Shown one piece after another: positions 12,558 to 26,317 of a DNA stretch of 64,000 nt; position 1 is the stretch's first letter, and every line of letters begins with the position of its first letter. Position numbers and translations under genes: made by a program. This DNA comes from Octopus sinensis (Eukaryota), in NCBI RefSeq assembly GCF_006345805.1, contig NC_043003.1, positions 99,572,001 through 99,636,000 of the forward strand. Direction: 5' to 3'. The notes below the pieces were generated by a model, which had not been told where the DNA came from, searched no databases, and saw nothing but the letters and a program-made list of their open reading frames with translations.

Positions 12558-12993
12558 AAGCCAGAAAGAAGATGAGGCATGGCGCTACATTAAATTATAT
12601 GTTTAAAAAATTCACATAATCTATAATATAAATTGGACATGGGCGATCGTTGTATTATTTCTTGTCTTGAGGTTCACAGCCAAACGGCCGGGTGGATACG
12701 CGTGAAAAATGGCATACATGTGGAGATGGATGCATAGATTGGAATGCGGCTTATATTTTTTCCTAGCCCCCATAAGTATGGGGGCTAGGAAAAAATATAA
12801 GCCGCATTCCAATCTATGCATCCATCTCCACATGTATGCCATTTTTCACGCGTATCCACCCGGCCGTTTGGCTGTGAACCTCAAGACAAGAAATAATACA
12901 ACGATCGCCCATGTCCAATTTATATTATAGATTATGTGAATTTTTTAAACATATAATTTAATGTAGCGCCATGCCTCATCTTCTTTCTGGCTT
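12558..12993. repeat. Perfect palindrome, 217-bp arms, 2-nt loop
   Basis: 12558-12774 is the exact reverse complement of 12777-12993; the ORF track shows identical peptides from both arms. Confidence 0.95.
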
Positions 12994-12994
12994 G

Positions 12995-14589
12995 AGATGA
13001 GGGGGTGTACAGTCATAATGTTTATGCAAATGCTAGTACTGTCTCCCTCAGTAACACTAACTTTATAGTAAAGGGGAAATTAGTATACACAGCAGTTAAA
13101 ATAATAAGAAAATAAAAATAATAATAATTTAAGTTCTTCTTGAGAATAGATGAAGAACTCTTTAAATAGGTTCTCTGGATGTATAGCTGTTCCATATGAA
13201 CCAAGATAACAGGATTGAGGGATTTAAACAGAAATTGAAAGGTGAAACACTGATCATACCGAGAAAACCGATCGAAACTTTTTCTAATGGAATTTTCCTG
13301 TTTGTTCCGCCATTAAAACGACTAGTTGCTCACAAGCCGGCATATACCATTTCGCTAACAACAAGGGGAGTACAGGAGAGTAAGCCAAAACTTTCTCTAT
13401 GCTGTCTCTCTTCTTTCACTTCCTTGTAGGGTTAATAATCTTAATCTTTAGTTAGTTTCTCATTCAAACTACATGATTGGCAGAATTGTCAGATTAAGAC
13501 AATATGATGTTTTGAGGAAGATTTGGCTGCTATTTCTACCAGGTCTAATTACCATGTAGAGGTCTGAACTTAATTTTCATTCGCATATTTGCATTTCAAA
13601 AATTTAACATAATCTTTTCCATAAATCAACAATCGTAAAAAGTTTATACCATGACCTTTTCTATGTTCATAATTAAATCAATGTTTTAATGATTAGACAG
13701 AGGTCCAATAGATTGGCTCTCAGAAACAGATTACGTACAAATTCGTTCTTCACAACTCCTGAAGCTGTTTTCTGGCAGGGAGGGGGGTCAGGAAATTTTC
13801 ATACATCTGGAGGCTCCAATTGAAACAGGGGACCCAAAATGATAAGGTCGAGAAATGCTGTTATAGATTATGCCTAACCGAAAACGATCACGGCCACATC
13901 CTCCAAACAGACCGGGTGAAACCGGGCTTTGCTGCTAGTATATATAAAGCACAAACAAAACAAATGGAAAACATACACAGAATGTCACCAGTATTTCGTC
14001 AGTTACCGTCCAAAGGATCGTAGCAAAGCGTGAAATTGCTGCGATCCTTTGGACGATAACTGGCGAGGATTTGGTGACATTTTGTGTTTTCCATTTGTTC
14101 CGTTTGTTTGTACTTATATATATTATACGTGTTTTTTTATACAAACACACACTCACGTGCGCGCGCGCATACACACGCACACACAAACATACACACACAT
14201 ATATAGGCAAGTATATACATACTTAAGTACAGGCATATATATGCATATGGTCATGAAGATTAGGAGTATATTAACGAAACCTGTTAATTTTTACATCAAC
14301 AGTGACAACGATAGTGTTGAATTTAGATGAGGGGGTGTACAGTCATAATGTTTATGCAAATGCTAGTACTGTCTCCCTCAGTAACACTAACTTTATAGTA
14401 AAGGGGAAATTAGTATACACAGCAGTTAAAATAATAAGAAAATAAAAATAATAATAATTTAAGTTCTTCTTGAGAATAGATGAAGAACTCTTTAAATAGG
14501 TTCTCTGGATGTATAGCTGTTCCATATGAACCAAGATAACAGGATTGAGGGATTTAAACAGAAATTGAAAGGTGAAACACTGATCATAC
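12995..14589 (+). repeat. Identical 265-bp direct repeats (12995-13259 and 14325-14589)
   Basis: Base-for-base identity, 1330 bp apart. Confidence 0.95.
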
Positions 14590-15749
14590 TGCGATATGTT
14601 ACACATTCATATCCTGCAATAGTAGCATCTCTTGGATCTCATCGAGATTATGTATTTGCTATCCAGCAATAAGAAACAGTTACTAAATAGCTAATTAAAA
14701 AGAGAGATAAAGTAGTCTCTGGAACTCCATGTTGTTACTGAAAATGTCAATCATGCCATACCTGTCTGGAAGACATCACCCACATCATCAGAAGCCGTGT
14801 AAAAATATTCACATGAGACAGGACATTGTTGCTAAAACGTCTACAATGCTTATACGCAGGAAGGACTGTCCAGGTCACTATATCAAAGGCATACCAGAAC
14901 CAGAATGTATCCACGCGTTTAAAACTAGGGAATGCTGGTAGAATGCCAATAAAAACCCATGAGAGCTAAAGTTAATAAGCAAGCTTGTGATAGCCATTCC
15001 TTTTCAATTGTAAGTTCATAGATGCAGACTTCGTCTAGATCCGAAAAGTTCCTGTTCCTAAGAAAGTTTCAACTTTATTAACACATTCTCTTCTCTTACC
15101 CCTCTTCTTTAAAAAATAGGGTTTTCTCTGGCTGTCAGTATTTAATCATACGATGTTAAATGGACAGCCTTCATTACACTAACTATTACTAATCACACCG
15201 CTAAATTTACCATCACCATTTTCAACTACCTTCGCAACTGCCACAATCCACCACCAACAATGCCACCGTCGCTAGTTTTAAAGATCCGTCAGCACGGCAA
15301 CAGAAGTGAGGAGATAGTGTATTTATGGAATACAAGCTGCTGTATATGATGGCTGTCAGTACTGCCGACAATGTTTGGAGTGTATTTAATAGCAGCACCG
15401 TCCCAGATGTAGAAGTATTCCATTGTGAATATCATTACGTTTTGTAGAGAGGCGAAAGTATTTATTGTCTTGAAGATGAAAACTAATCTTTAAGACGCAA
15501 GTTTTGCTGTTATGAACATGAGATTGCCATGGGAATATCGTCAGGGATTGTATGCTTTGTAGTGAAGGATGATATTATGTATGTGCTGTTGGAGATGGCG
15601 GCAGATGCATTATATGTGTGTGAGTGCGTGTTTGTGTGTGTCTGTCTGTCTCTGTGTGTACACATACATATATACATACGTACATACATACACACATACA
15701 TACATACATACATACATACATACATACATACATACATACATACATACAT

Positions 15750-16034
15750 ACATGCATACATACACACATACATGCATACATACATACATAAATACATGCG
15801 TAAATAGCACCTACACACACATATGTGTGTGTGTGTGTGTGTGCATGTGTTTGTCCCCCCCAACATCATTTGACAACCGATGCTGGTGTGTTTACGTCCC
15901 GTAACTTATCGGTCCGGCAAAAGAGACCGATAAAATAAGTACTATGGTTACAAAGAATATGTCCTGAGGTCGATTTGCTCGACTAAAAGCGGTGCTCCAG
16001 CATGGCTGCAGTCAAGTGACTGAAACAAGTAAAA

Positions 16035-16085
<51 letters not shown>

Positions 16086-16414
16086 CATGCATACATACAT
16101 ACATACTACATACATACATACATACATACATGCATACATACACACATACATGCATACATACATACATAAATACATGCGTAAATAGCACCTACACACACAT
16201 ATGTGTGTGTGTGTGTGTGTGTGCATGTGTTTGTCCCCCCCAACATCATTTGACAACCGATGCTGGTGTGTTTACGTCCCGTAACTTATCGGTCCGGCAA
16301 AAGAGACCGATAAAATAAGTACTATGGTTACAAAGAATATGTCCTGAGGTCGATTTGCTCGACTAAAAGCGGTGCTCCAGCATGGCTGCAGTCAAGTGAC
16401 TGAAACAAGTAAAA

Positions 16415-16445
<31 letters not shown>
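15750..16445 (+). repeat. Tandem duplication (period ~378 bp) containing the SINE-A 3' half
   Basis: 15791 and 16169 both start AATACATGCGTAAATAGCACC...; SINE tail identical in both copies. Confidence 0.9.
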
Positions 16446-16482
<37 letters not shown>

Positions 16483-16500
16483 CATGCATACATACATACA

Positions 16501-16536
<36 letters not shown>

Positions 16537-16749
16537 TATATATTATATATATATACATACATACATATATATATATATACATACATCCATACATGCATGC
16601 ACATATATATACATACACACATACACAAACACGCACATACATACATATATCACTTGATCACGTGACCGACCAGACTATCGGATGCTGTTTTACATTGCTG
16701 ATCGCAATGCACTTTACATCGCTGTAGTTTTCGAACACGTGTGTGTATA

Positions 16750-16794
<45 letters not shown>

Positions 16795-16984
16795 ATATCT
16801 ATATACCCAGGCCTATTCCCCATTTTTTTAGGAGGAGGTAGCCACAAGATACACACCAGGCGTTCCATTCATATCCCAGCTCACAGAGGCTAGCCCCGTT
16901 CTATGCTCGTGTCAAGGCATAGAACGCACTCCCCAATATCAGCAGCGGGTTCCGACCACAGATGCTGGTTTACCCCCACACATC

Positions 16985-17800
16985 ATGCTGGTTCGGTACC
17001 CCTTTGAGCAACATCAAATTCACTCATCCATCCATAAACACTCTCCAAGCTTTCCTATCACGTATAAACTCTCTTGCCTCTCTCACTCCAACACCTCCAA
17101 CTACCAAAGCTTTCCTCACTCCATCCATCCACACAAACTGAAGTCTGCCACTGGTTCTTCTGCCTACCACGCCTGTCTTCATCACCCTCCTTACCATCTG
17201 CTCCTCCATCCTCTCCATGTGATCAAACCACCTCAACATTCGTCTATCCATTTTGATTGTTAGTTTTCTCTCATCCTTGCTCACCGTCGCACCTCCTCAT
17301 TCCTCATCCTATCCATCTCTGTGACACCAACCATAGCCCTCAGACATCACATCTCAAACGCATCTAGTTGCCTCCTTTCCACCTCTCTCAGCCCCCTCTG
17401 CACCATATAACATCGTCGGCACAATCATGCCCTCATACTCAACCTTTTATCTCTCAGCATACCGTTCACAACTCCAAGTATCTTACTCCCCTCCCTCACT
17501 CTGTATCCCACTTCCTCAGCCAACCCCACCATCCACAGTCACATGTGATACCAGATACTTAAAAACACTCACCTCCTCTAACATCTCACCATTTATACTC
17601 ACATCCATCCTACCAGCCATTCCATCTCTCGAACATCTCATCACCTTACTCTTAGCTAAATTCCCTTTCAGTTTCCTCCGCTCACAAACTCTTCCAAACT
17701 CTACCACCAGTCTCCTCAGCTACCAGTTACGTATCATCATCAAACAACTGACTCACCTGCCATTTCTCTCCATTTTCTCCCATCATTTAGGCTCCCCTAC
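16985..17800 (-). mobile_element. RTE-clade LINE 3' fragment (RT C-terminus)
   Basis: VSQLFDDDT, KSKVM, FKYL, LRWFDHMERM...GRRTSGR...WMDGV. Confidence 0.85.
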
Positions 17801-17842
17801 CAAGACAACAAAAGATGTGTGTGTATGTGTGTGTGTGTGTGT

Positions 17843-17884
<42 letters not shown>

Positions 17885-18048
17885 GGCGCAGGAATGGCTG
17901 TGTGGTAAGAAACTTGCTTCCCAACCGCATAGTTCCGAGTTCAGTCCCACTGCGTGGCACCTTGGGCAAGTGTCTTCTACTGTACCCTCAAGCCGACCAA
18001 AGCCTTATGAGTGGATTTTTTGCAGACGGAAACTGAAAGAAGCCCGTC

Positions 18049-18101
<53 letters not shown>

Positions 18102-18143
18102 CACGCGCGCACACACACCACACACACACACAACACACACACA

Positions 18144-18225
<82 letters not shown>

Positions 18226-18395
18226 CATACATATATTTGCTTGTCTGTGTTTGTCCTCCCACCATCGCTTCACAACCGATGTGTGTTTACCTCCCCGTCT
18301 CAAAAGCGAGCGATAGAATAAGTACTAGGCTTATAAAGAATAAATCCTGGCGTCGATTTCTTCGACTAAAACCTCTAAGGGTAAAAGAATAAAAG
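17885..18395 (+). mobile_element. SINE family A, full length, with internal (TA)n/(CA)n
   Basis: Same head, CORE-like segment and tail as 11714-12170. Confidence 0.88.
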
Positions 18396-18489
18396 AATAT
18401 ATATATATATACATATATTTCGTTTTGGGATTTGGTTTGCAAGATTCTTTATGTGAGTTCGTGTGTTGAAGCATATTTTTTTGTTGTTG

Positions 18490-18708
18490 TGCCTTATTAT
18501 TTAACACACTCACGGGTAAAGTTTCCATTCATTTACTTATTTCTTTTTCTAAAATTTTCGTTGCGTACAAACAAAAAGAACGCAGCTCGGATAACGGAGA
18601 GAGTCAACGATTATTGAAAAGGTTGCAAGACGCAACGAAAATTTTTAGAAAAATAAATAAGTAAATGAGTGGAAACTTTACTGGTGAGTGTGTTAAATAA
18701 TAAGGCAC
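18490..18708. repeat. ~80-bp inverted repeat of a dispersed family also present at 30975-31085 and 57995-58130
   Basis: 18490-18568 versus 18629-18708, about 93% complementary. Confidence 0.8.
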
Positions 18709-19456
18709 TAAAAGAGAATGACTCTTCCCAGACACAACAATATATATATACATATATATATATATAATCAGGGCAACTACATGGTAGAGCCACATGCAAG
18801 AAGAAGATGGCAAATGACTCTAAAACTACTATATTTATCACATAGACACGAGTTGAAAGCGAGGGAAATGAACGAAAACGATTTAAAAAAAAAAGTTTAG
18901 CCATAGATCAATTGATTTCTAGTTCAGAGATATAACTTCTTTTACCGTCCTCAGTTTGACATAACTGAGTGTACATAATTATAAGCATTTATATATATAC
19001 CATACAAACATAAACGTAACCCCAGTGAATCTACAAATGTTCACACCTATATGCACAGTTTAAATCTAGATCGCTCATTTCAGTCACTTGTGAATAACCA
19101 AAATAATTCAGTAGCGAATAAATTGATTTAAGTGAATTCATATTTATTATTATTATAATCAACGATAAAATCTATATAGGATTTTATCGAGTAGGTAGTA
19201 TGTAAAGCCTTTTAGGTATAAATTAATACAGAGTGTATAAATTTTTTATAAAAAGTCTTTTTCGTTCATTTCCATCGCTTTCGGCCCGTGTTTATGTGAT
19301 AAAGTAGTTTTACAGTCACTTGTCTTCCTCTTCTAGCATCTGGCTTTCCCATGTAGTTGCCCTTATAATTATTATTTAAAAAATTATATACTCTGTATTA
19401 ATTTATACCTAAAAGGTTTTACAGGTTAGCTACTTGATAATATAATAATATATATA

Positions 19457-19501
<45 letters not shown>

Positions 19502-19558
19502 GAAATATTAAAATTACTAAGTCTCTCTAAAAGAGAACAACGGCAGCGTTCCCGGAAA

Positions 19559-19715
19559 ATATTAGTTATCGCCATACTAATATGGCATTCTTATAAAAAT
19601 ATATGGATACAGTTTGTGTATCAAATAGCTAACTTAAGGCGATGGCCTCATGGAGCTAATAAGCGGACAGCTTTATTCTTATTTTTATAAGAATGCCATA
19701 TTAGTATGGCGATAA

Positions 19716-19722
<7 letters not shown>
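19559..19722. repeat. Perfect 43-bp inverted repeat with a 78-bp spacer
   Basis: 19559-19601 versus 19680-19722. Confidence 0.9.
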
Positions 19723-19767
<45 letters not shown>

Positions 19768-20129
19768 CATATACATATATATATATGAGAAAAGTGGGGC
19801 GTGGAGAAAAACAGAATCTTAGGCCACGCCAGAATTATTACAGCCTGGATCAATACGAAATATCAAAAATAAAACCCTGGCGAACAGCAAGTATTATGAA
19901 CACAGATAATGAAAAGGGAGGATCTCCATTGACAAAAATAAACACCGAATCTAACAGAGCATATTAAGAATCACTAGATATGCTATTGCTTGGATTCTCC
20001 CTGTTCTTCCTGCTCTTCATGGGTTAATTTCTGCTTGGCAAGCATCAGTATACATCAGCAAATAATTTGTTCAGTGAGTTTTATATGCAAGAGTTTAGGT
20101 TCTTGTCAGATTCATCGGTCCGATGGTTA

Positions 20130-20180
20130 GCTTTGACTGAAGAGACAGAATGAGATCGAAACACTGCAATGTTTCAAAGT
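20130..20180 (+). ncRNA. Type I hammerhead ribozyme, canonical core
   Basis: Stem I CTTTGA/TCAAAG, CTGAAGA, 2-bp stem II GA/TC, GAAA, near-palindromic stem III ACACTGCAATGT, GUU triplet. Confidence 0.85.
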
Positions 20181-20848
20181 TTCATTACACCGCAGAATCG
20201 CGTGTGTTATGAACACACATCATCAGAAGCGAGGAGGTGTTCTCCAAAGACGAAAAGCAACAGTGAAAAGATATTCATATTCGAATCTGCCAGAACGTAT
20301 TGATAATGAACAATATGTTATTGTTAATATAAAACATGTTCCACTACACAACCTCGAAGTTTATTTACATTTTTCCAAGTTATTTCTTCTTTCTTATTTA
20401 ATTCTTTTAACAATTAAACAAATTTTACTGCCTTTTCAGTTCAACAAAGTTAAAAGGAATCTGTCGAGCGAAAATTACAACTTTATTTTCTTCACCACCA
20501 CTACATTCGTGATATACACCGACTACATGCCTCTATCAGTCCTTTTTGGCACCATTAAAGTTCGATTGACTTCACTATTGAACACCACCGACACACCAAC
20601 TAAACTACAAGCCACACTCCACCATCAGCACCACCGACAGCAGCAGCAACAACGCACCTACATGCAACATCATACAGTTTCACTTTACCATTGACTGATT
20701 GCACCAGATGTGTGTGTGTAAACTTACATACGTCACACAAACCCAGACATACATAATAAAGATGCATCTACGTACACATACATACATACATTCATGCATA
20801 CATATATGTATGTATACACACAAACACACACATGTATGTGTGTGTGTG

Positions 20849-20900
<52 letters not shown>

Positions 20901-21684
20901 CATGTATGTATGTATGGGTGTGTATATATGCATACGCATGTATATGTATATGTACATATGTATGTATATGCGTGCATGTGTGTATATGTGTATAAATGCA
21001 AATATATTTGACTTTACTACCTTTTCTAATGTCATTCTCGTTTAATGTTCATTCATTCCTCCCTTCCTTCCTCCATTCCATTTTTCCTCTCTTCATTCTT
21101 TCTGTCATCTCTTTCTTAAATTTACACCCCTCTCCATCCCCCCCTTCCTCCATCTCCCTATTTCTCCATCTCCCCATTTCTCCATCTCCCCATTTCTCCA
21201 TCTCCCACCCCAATCCCTCTTTCCATCTCCTCCCCCCTCTCTCAGCTACTTTAAAACGTCCCTCTCCCCTACACTACACATCTTTACCTCTATTTCCCAT
21301 TCATTTAACTTTTTTGTGAATTTGTCTTGTATATGTTTTTCGGTTTTCTTTTCTGCCCATTAAACACTTCTTTCAGATAGATTAAGATAGCTTGCTGAAA
21401 ATACATTCCACTAATTAACTGCAATATTAAAAGGCAATGGTGAATTCCGGAAACATTGCTGAAACATCGGACAAAATTAATTCCGGTTGGATTGTTGCAT
21501 CCCATTTAAATTCAAAGTTCAAATTCCGCCTAAGGTGACAGTTCATTTAATCTTTCCTGACGTTGATAAAATAAGTACCAGTAAAATACTGGGTCAATAT
21601 AATCAACTGTTCACAAACATTACCATTATGTAAGGCTTTGTGCCAATGTCATAATTCTTTACAAAATAATAATGGTATCAGATT

Positions 21685-21860
21685 TTGGCACAAGGCCAGC
21701 AATTTTATGGAGAGGGAATAAATCGACATCATCCACTCCACTGTTCGACTGGAACTTACTTTATAGTCCTCGAAAGAATGAAAGGCAAAGAAAATTGGCC
21801 TCAGCGGAATTTTAACTCAGACCGTAAACCCGGAACAAATGCCACAAGGCATCTTGTTCC
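21685..21860 (-). mobile_element. SINE family B, diverged (a second diverged copy on + at ~21495-21610)
   Basis: GGCACAAGGCCAGCAATTTT...CGAAAGAATGAAAGGCAAAG...GGAATTTAACTCAG. Confidence 0.7.
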
Positions 21861-21889
21861 GCATGCTAGCGATTTAGTCGGTTTGTCGT

Positions 21890-21890
21890 T

Positions 21891-21944
<54 letters not shown>

Positions 21945-21949
21945 TAATG

Positions 21950-21986
<37 letters not shown>

Positions 21987-22062
21987 TAATAATATAATAA
22001 TAATAATAAAAATAATAACAACAACAACAACAATAATAATAATAATAATAATAATAATGATA

Positions 22063-22094
<32 letters not shown>

Positions 22095-22114
22095 TAATAA
22101 TAATAATAATAATG

Positions 22115-22145
<31 letters not shown>

Positions 22146-22215
22146 TAATAATAATAATAATAATAATAAAAATATAACAACAACAACAACAATAATAATA
22201 ATAATAATAATAATG

Positions 22216-22308
<93 letters not shown>

Positions 22309-22365
22309 TAATAATAATAAAAATAATATAATAATAATAATAAAAATAATAATAATAATAATAAG
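21890..22365. repeat. Long (TAA)n array
   Basis: Directly visible. Confidence 0.98.
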
Positions 22366-24158
22366 CATTGTAAAAAGTATCATACAAACATGTCTATGGC
22401 TTCGATTGACTTTAAGAAGGCATATAATATGATACCTCATTCTTGGATCGTTAATTGCCTACAGATGTTTGGTGTTGCTGACAACATCACAAATTTTCTG
22501 TTGCATAGTATGAAAGAGTGGTATGCCAAATTGTATTCAAGTAATGTATTCCTTGGAAAAGTGAATATTAAAAGGTGAATCTTCCAAGGTGATTCGTTTT
22601 CTCCGTTACTATTTGCAATTGCACTAACACCCATAACAATGACACTTAGGAAAGTTAAGATGGGTTACCGATGTGGGAAGAAAGGCCCATCATTGAGCCA
22701 TCTTCTGTTTATGGATGACCTGAAATTGTTTGAGAAATCTGAAAAACAGATAGATTCCTTAACCAAAACAGTCCAGAAGTGTGTTAGTGACATTGGTATG
22801 GAATTTGGAATTGCCAAACGCTCAGTACTTAATAGGAAAAGAGGGAAGAAAGCAGCCTGCAAAGGTTACCATCAGGAGAGCCCATGGGTGAACCCGACAG
22901 TAGTGGGCATAGATATTTAAGGATTTTGAAGCTGGATGACATTCTATACCGAGAAATGAAAGTCAAGGTCAGCGAGGCGTATCAAAAAAGGACGAATGGA
23001 GGAAATTTGATTACTGCAATGAATATCTGGGCAGTTGCGGTTGTCAGATATAGTGCATCTATCCTCAAATGGACTAAGGACGAAATATCAACACTGGATC
23101 GAAGGACGGGAAAGTTGATGACGCTGCATGGAGCGCTACATCCTAAAGCAAACGTAAACAGAAGAAAAGAAAGAATGGTGGCAGGGGACTAATTAGTATA
23201 GACCATTGTATAAAGAGTGAAAGGAGAATGATCGCTGAGTATTTAATAAAGTGATGAAGACCTGCTGCAATATGCCGCAAAAGATATGGGTGTAAAGACA
23301 GATGAAATGATGGGCAAGGAAGAGTTTAACCAAAGAGCTGAGGAAAAGAGAAAAGAAGACCTTGAAATGAGAATGCATAGACAGTTTGAAAAAAATACAC
23401 AAGACGTTAAGGATAATACAGCATCGTAGGCATGGCTTGAGTGAGGTGATTTGAAGCATACCACCGAAAGCCGGATCATTGCGAAAAGACCATGCTCACG
23501 CTACCAATTCAGTGAATCTATAAAACTTTTGACACCCAGAAATGCAGACTTTGTGGAAAGAGTGTGGAAAATGTAACTCACTTGGTAACTAGATGTGGGA
23601 GCCTTGCACAAAAAGAATACAAGCGCCGCCACGATAAAGTGTGTGTGTATCTTCATTGGCTCTTATGCCGTAAATACCAATATGAAGTAACAGAGAACTG
23701 GTATGATCATGTACCAAGTAAAGTTATGCAGGAGGATGAAAAAGTAACGATACCCTGGGACTATGATTTTCAGACGGATCGTATAATCGAACACTGTCTG
23801 CTGGATATTGTCATATTGAATAAGAGAGATAAATACTGTCAGATCATTGATGTAGCCATACCAAATGACATGAATGTTATGAGTAAAGAGGTTGAACATA
23901 TCACCAAGTACTCCGAATTGAAAGTGGAAATGGAAGGTGATACCAGTGATGATCGGAACGTTGGGCTCAATCCCATTGAAACTTCAAGACTTCTTAAGGC
24001 AACTGGAAATCCCAGTTGCCTTAATTGATGTCTCGCAAAAAGCAGCCTTATTGGGCACATCGCATATCTTAAGGAAAGTATTATGTCTGGGGTCCTTGTT
24101 ATGACTTGACAGATTACTAAAGACACCGGTGCATTTTTACCTACACAGAGTTACGAAG

Positions 24159-24160
<2 letters not shown>
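22366..24160 (+). mobile_element. R4/Dong-clade non-LTR retrotransposon (RT + CCHC + REL endonuclease), 5'-truncated, decayed
   Basis: IDFKKAY, IFQGDSFSP, LFMDDLKL, CRLCGKSVENVTHLVTRC, RRHD, (P>L)DIV...IIDVAIP...KY; (TAA)n on both sides. Confidence 0.9.
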
Positions 24161-24246
<86 letters not shown>

Positions 24247-25507
24247 TGTATTCCTCACACATGGATCCTAGAAAAAATAGCCATGAACAAGGTAGCCTCA
24301 ATAATCATAAAATATATAACATTCCATGAATAAATGGCAGACAGTGCTACAGCTCCAGATAAAAGAGGAACTCATAAAAACCAAAGGCATCCCCATTAGA
24401 AGAGGAATATTCCAGGGAGACACGCTCTCTCCACTTCTTTTCTGCTTGGCACTAACACCTTTATATGACATGCTAAACTGGATGTGGATACAACTGTTAC
24501 GGCAAAACAATCAGCCACCTCATATACATGGATGACCTAAAACTGTAAGCTACAAATGATAAACAGCTAGAAACATTACTGCAGACAGTACATGGATCTA
24601 CCAAAGAAATAAACATGAAATTCGGCTTAGAAAAATGTGCCAAAGCAACCTTGAAAAGAGAAAATCTAGTTAAGAGTAACAACATCACACTAGATAAAGC
24701 AAATGAAATAAGAGAATTAGACCAAAGCCAGACATACAAATACTTAGGAATCAATGAACTAAATACGATACAGCACACGCAAATGAAAGAAAAAAAGAAT
24801 ACTATAGATGAGTTACATAAATACTGAAAACAGAGCTCAATGCGAAAAATAAGATAATAGCTGTCAACACTTTAACCGTCCTAGTTATAAGTTACAGATA
24901 CAATATCCATAACTGGACACTAAATTAACTAATCAAAATAGACAGGAAAACAAGAAAAATAATGACAGGATCGAGGATGCACCACACAAAATCTGATATA
25001 GAAGATGGTAGAGGCCTTATTGAGTTAGAAAACTAATATAAAATAACCGCCATAGGACTACAAAAATACCTACTTCAGAAGCAAGGAAAACTAATACAAA
25101 TAGACGCAAAACACGAACAAAACAAAAACTGTTTTCAGTCTTTAAGGAAGCTGACAAATAAAAAAAAAAATGAAGTCATAGTACCTGACAACTATGAAGA
25201 AAAAGAAGAAACAACAAAAGCTGTAAAACAACTGAAATCCAAACTAAAACTGGAGCAGCAACAGATCATGATAAAACGATGGCAAGAAAAGCCCCTTCAT
25301 GACAAATACTGCGTTAAACTAAATGCAAAAGAAACAGACAAAGTAAAATCCAAACAATGTCAGAGAAGCTCAGGACTCAAAGCAGAGACTGAAGGATCTT
25401 TAATTGCAGCACAAGACCAAAGCCTCCCAACCAGAAATTAATTAAGTTCACTGGTAGTGAACAGCTGACACCGTAGTAATCTCCATCGTTAGAAACTGTG
25501 CAAAGGC
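24247..25507 (+). mobile_element. Second R4/Dong-like fragment (different subfamily, internally deleted)
   Basis: RRGIFQGDTLSP, YMDDLKL, MKFGLEKCA, YKYLG, AQDQSL, then a jump to the 3' end and (TAA)n. Confidence 0.85.
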
Positions 25508-25537
25508 AATAATAATAATAATATAATAATAATAATA

Positions 25538-25589
<52 letters not shown>

Positions 25590-25617
25590 TATTATGATAA
25601 TAATAATAATAATAATA

Positions 25618-26166
25618 GATGCAGTACCAGGCAGTGGCTCTCATGGCTTCTGATCTTAACTGATTGGAAGTGTTATCATGTACATTGTTTTGTCTTGGTA
25701 TAAAAGATGGGCTACAGCAAATATTCTGCTCAATACCACAGATTTGCTTGTCAGTTGTTTGACTTTAACCAGTTGAGCATGTCCCTTAGTGGCTGACTAT
25801 ATGTGCATCTCTGATCACAAGTAGAAGTAGTGGGGGAGCATCATAGCCATGTGTTGAGAGGGATTCTTTGGGGTTTGAATAATTCACCTCTGGAAACATG
25901 GGTGGTTCTTTCAATATCCTTAAACAACCCTTATTCGGAGACCTTTTGAGCGGGATGGGCTACTCAACCTGAAGAAAATTCTAACTGGGCCCCACCTGCA
26001 AGGTCATGTGCTGTTTATCTTGATATGAGATCACCATGTCGCGCACATATGGTTGTGATGCATGTGCCTGGTGTACCCTTATCAGACGGGTAGTCATGAT
26101 GGGTATATTGGGCTTCGTATATTTTACCCCAGTGTCATTTTGATGGCATGAACTGCTCTCTCACTC
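25618..26166 (+). mobile_element. ~550-bp non-coding repeat embedded in (TAA)n, unclassified
   Basis: Higher-GC block bounded precisely by (TAA)n on both sides; no ORF. Confidence 0.55.
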
Positions 26167-26215
<49 letters not shown>

Positions 26216-26247
26216 GTAGTAATAATAATAATAATAATAACAATAAT

Positions 26248-26293
<46 letters not shown>

Positions 26294-26317
26294 TAATTAA
26301 TAATTAATTATAATAAT

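Noticed and set aside
12621-12930. Two identical 73-aa ORFs
   Set aside because: An artefact of the perfect palindrome; no recognisable protein motif.
12998-14586. LTR/TRIM interpretation of the 265-bp repeats
   Set aside because: Identity extends past TG/CA, and there is no PBS, PPT or target-site duplication.
14600-15600. Possible host exons in unique-looking sequence (also 31600-31800, 42480-42780, 54860-55000)
   Set aside because: No recognisable protein motif or convincing splice-site pair; needs RNA-seq.
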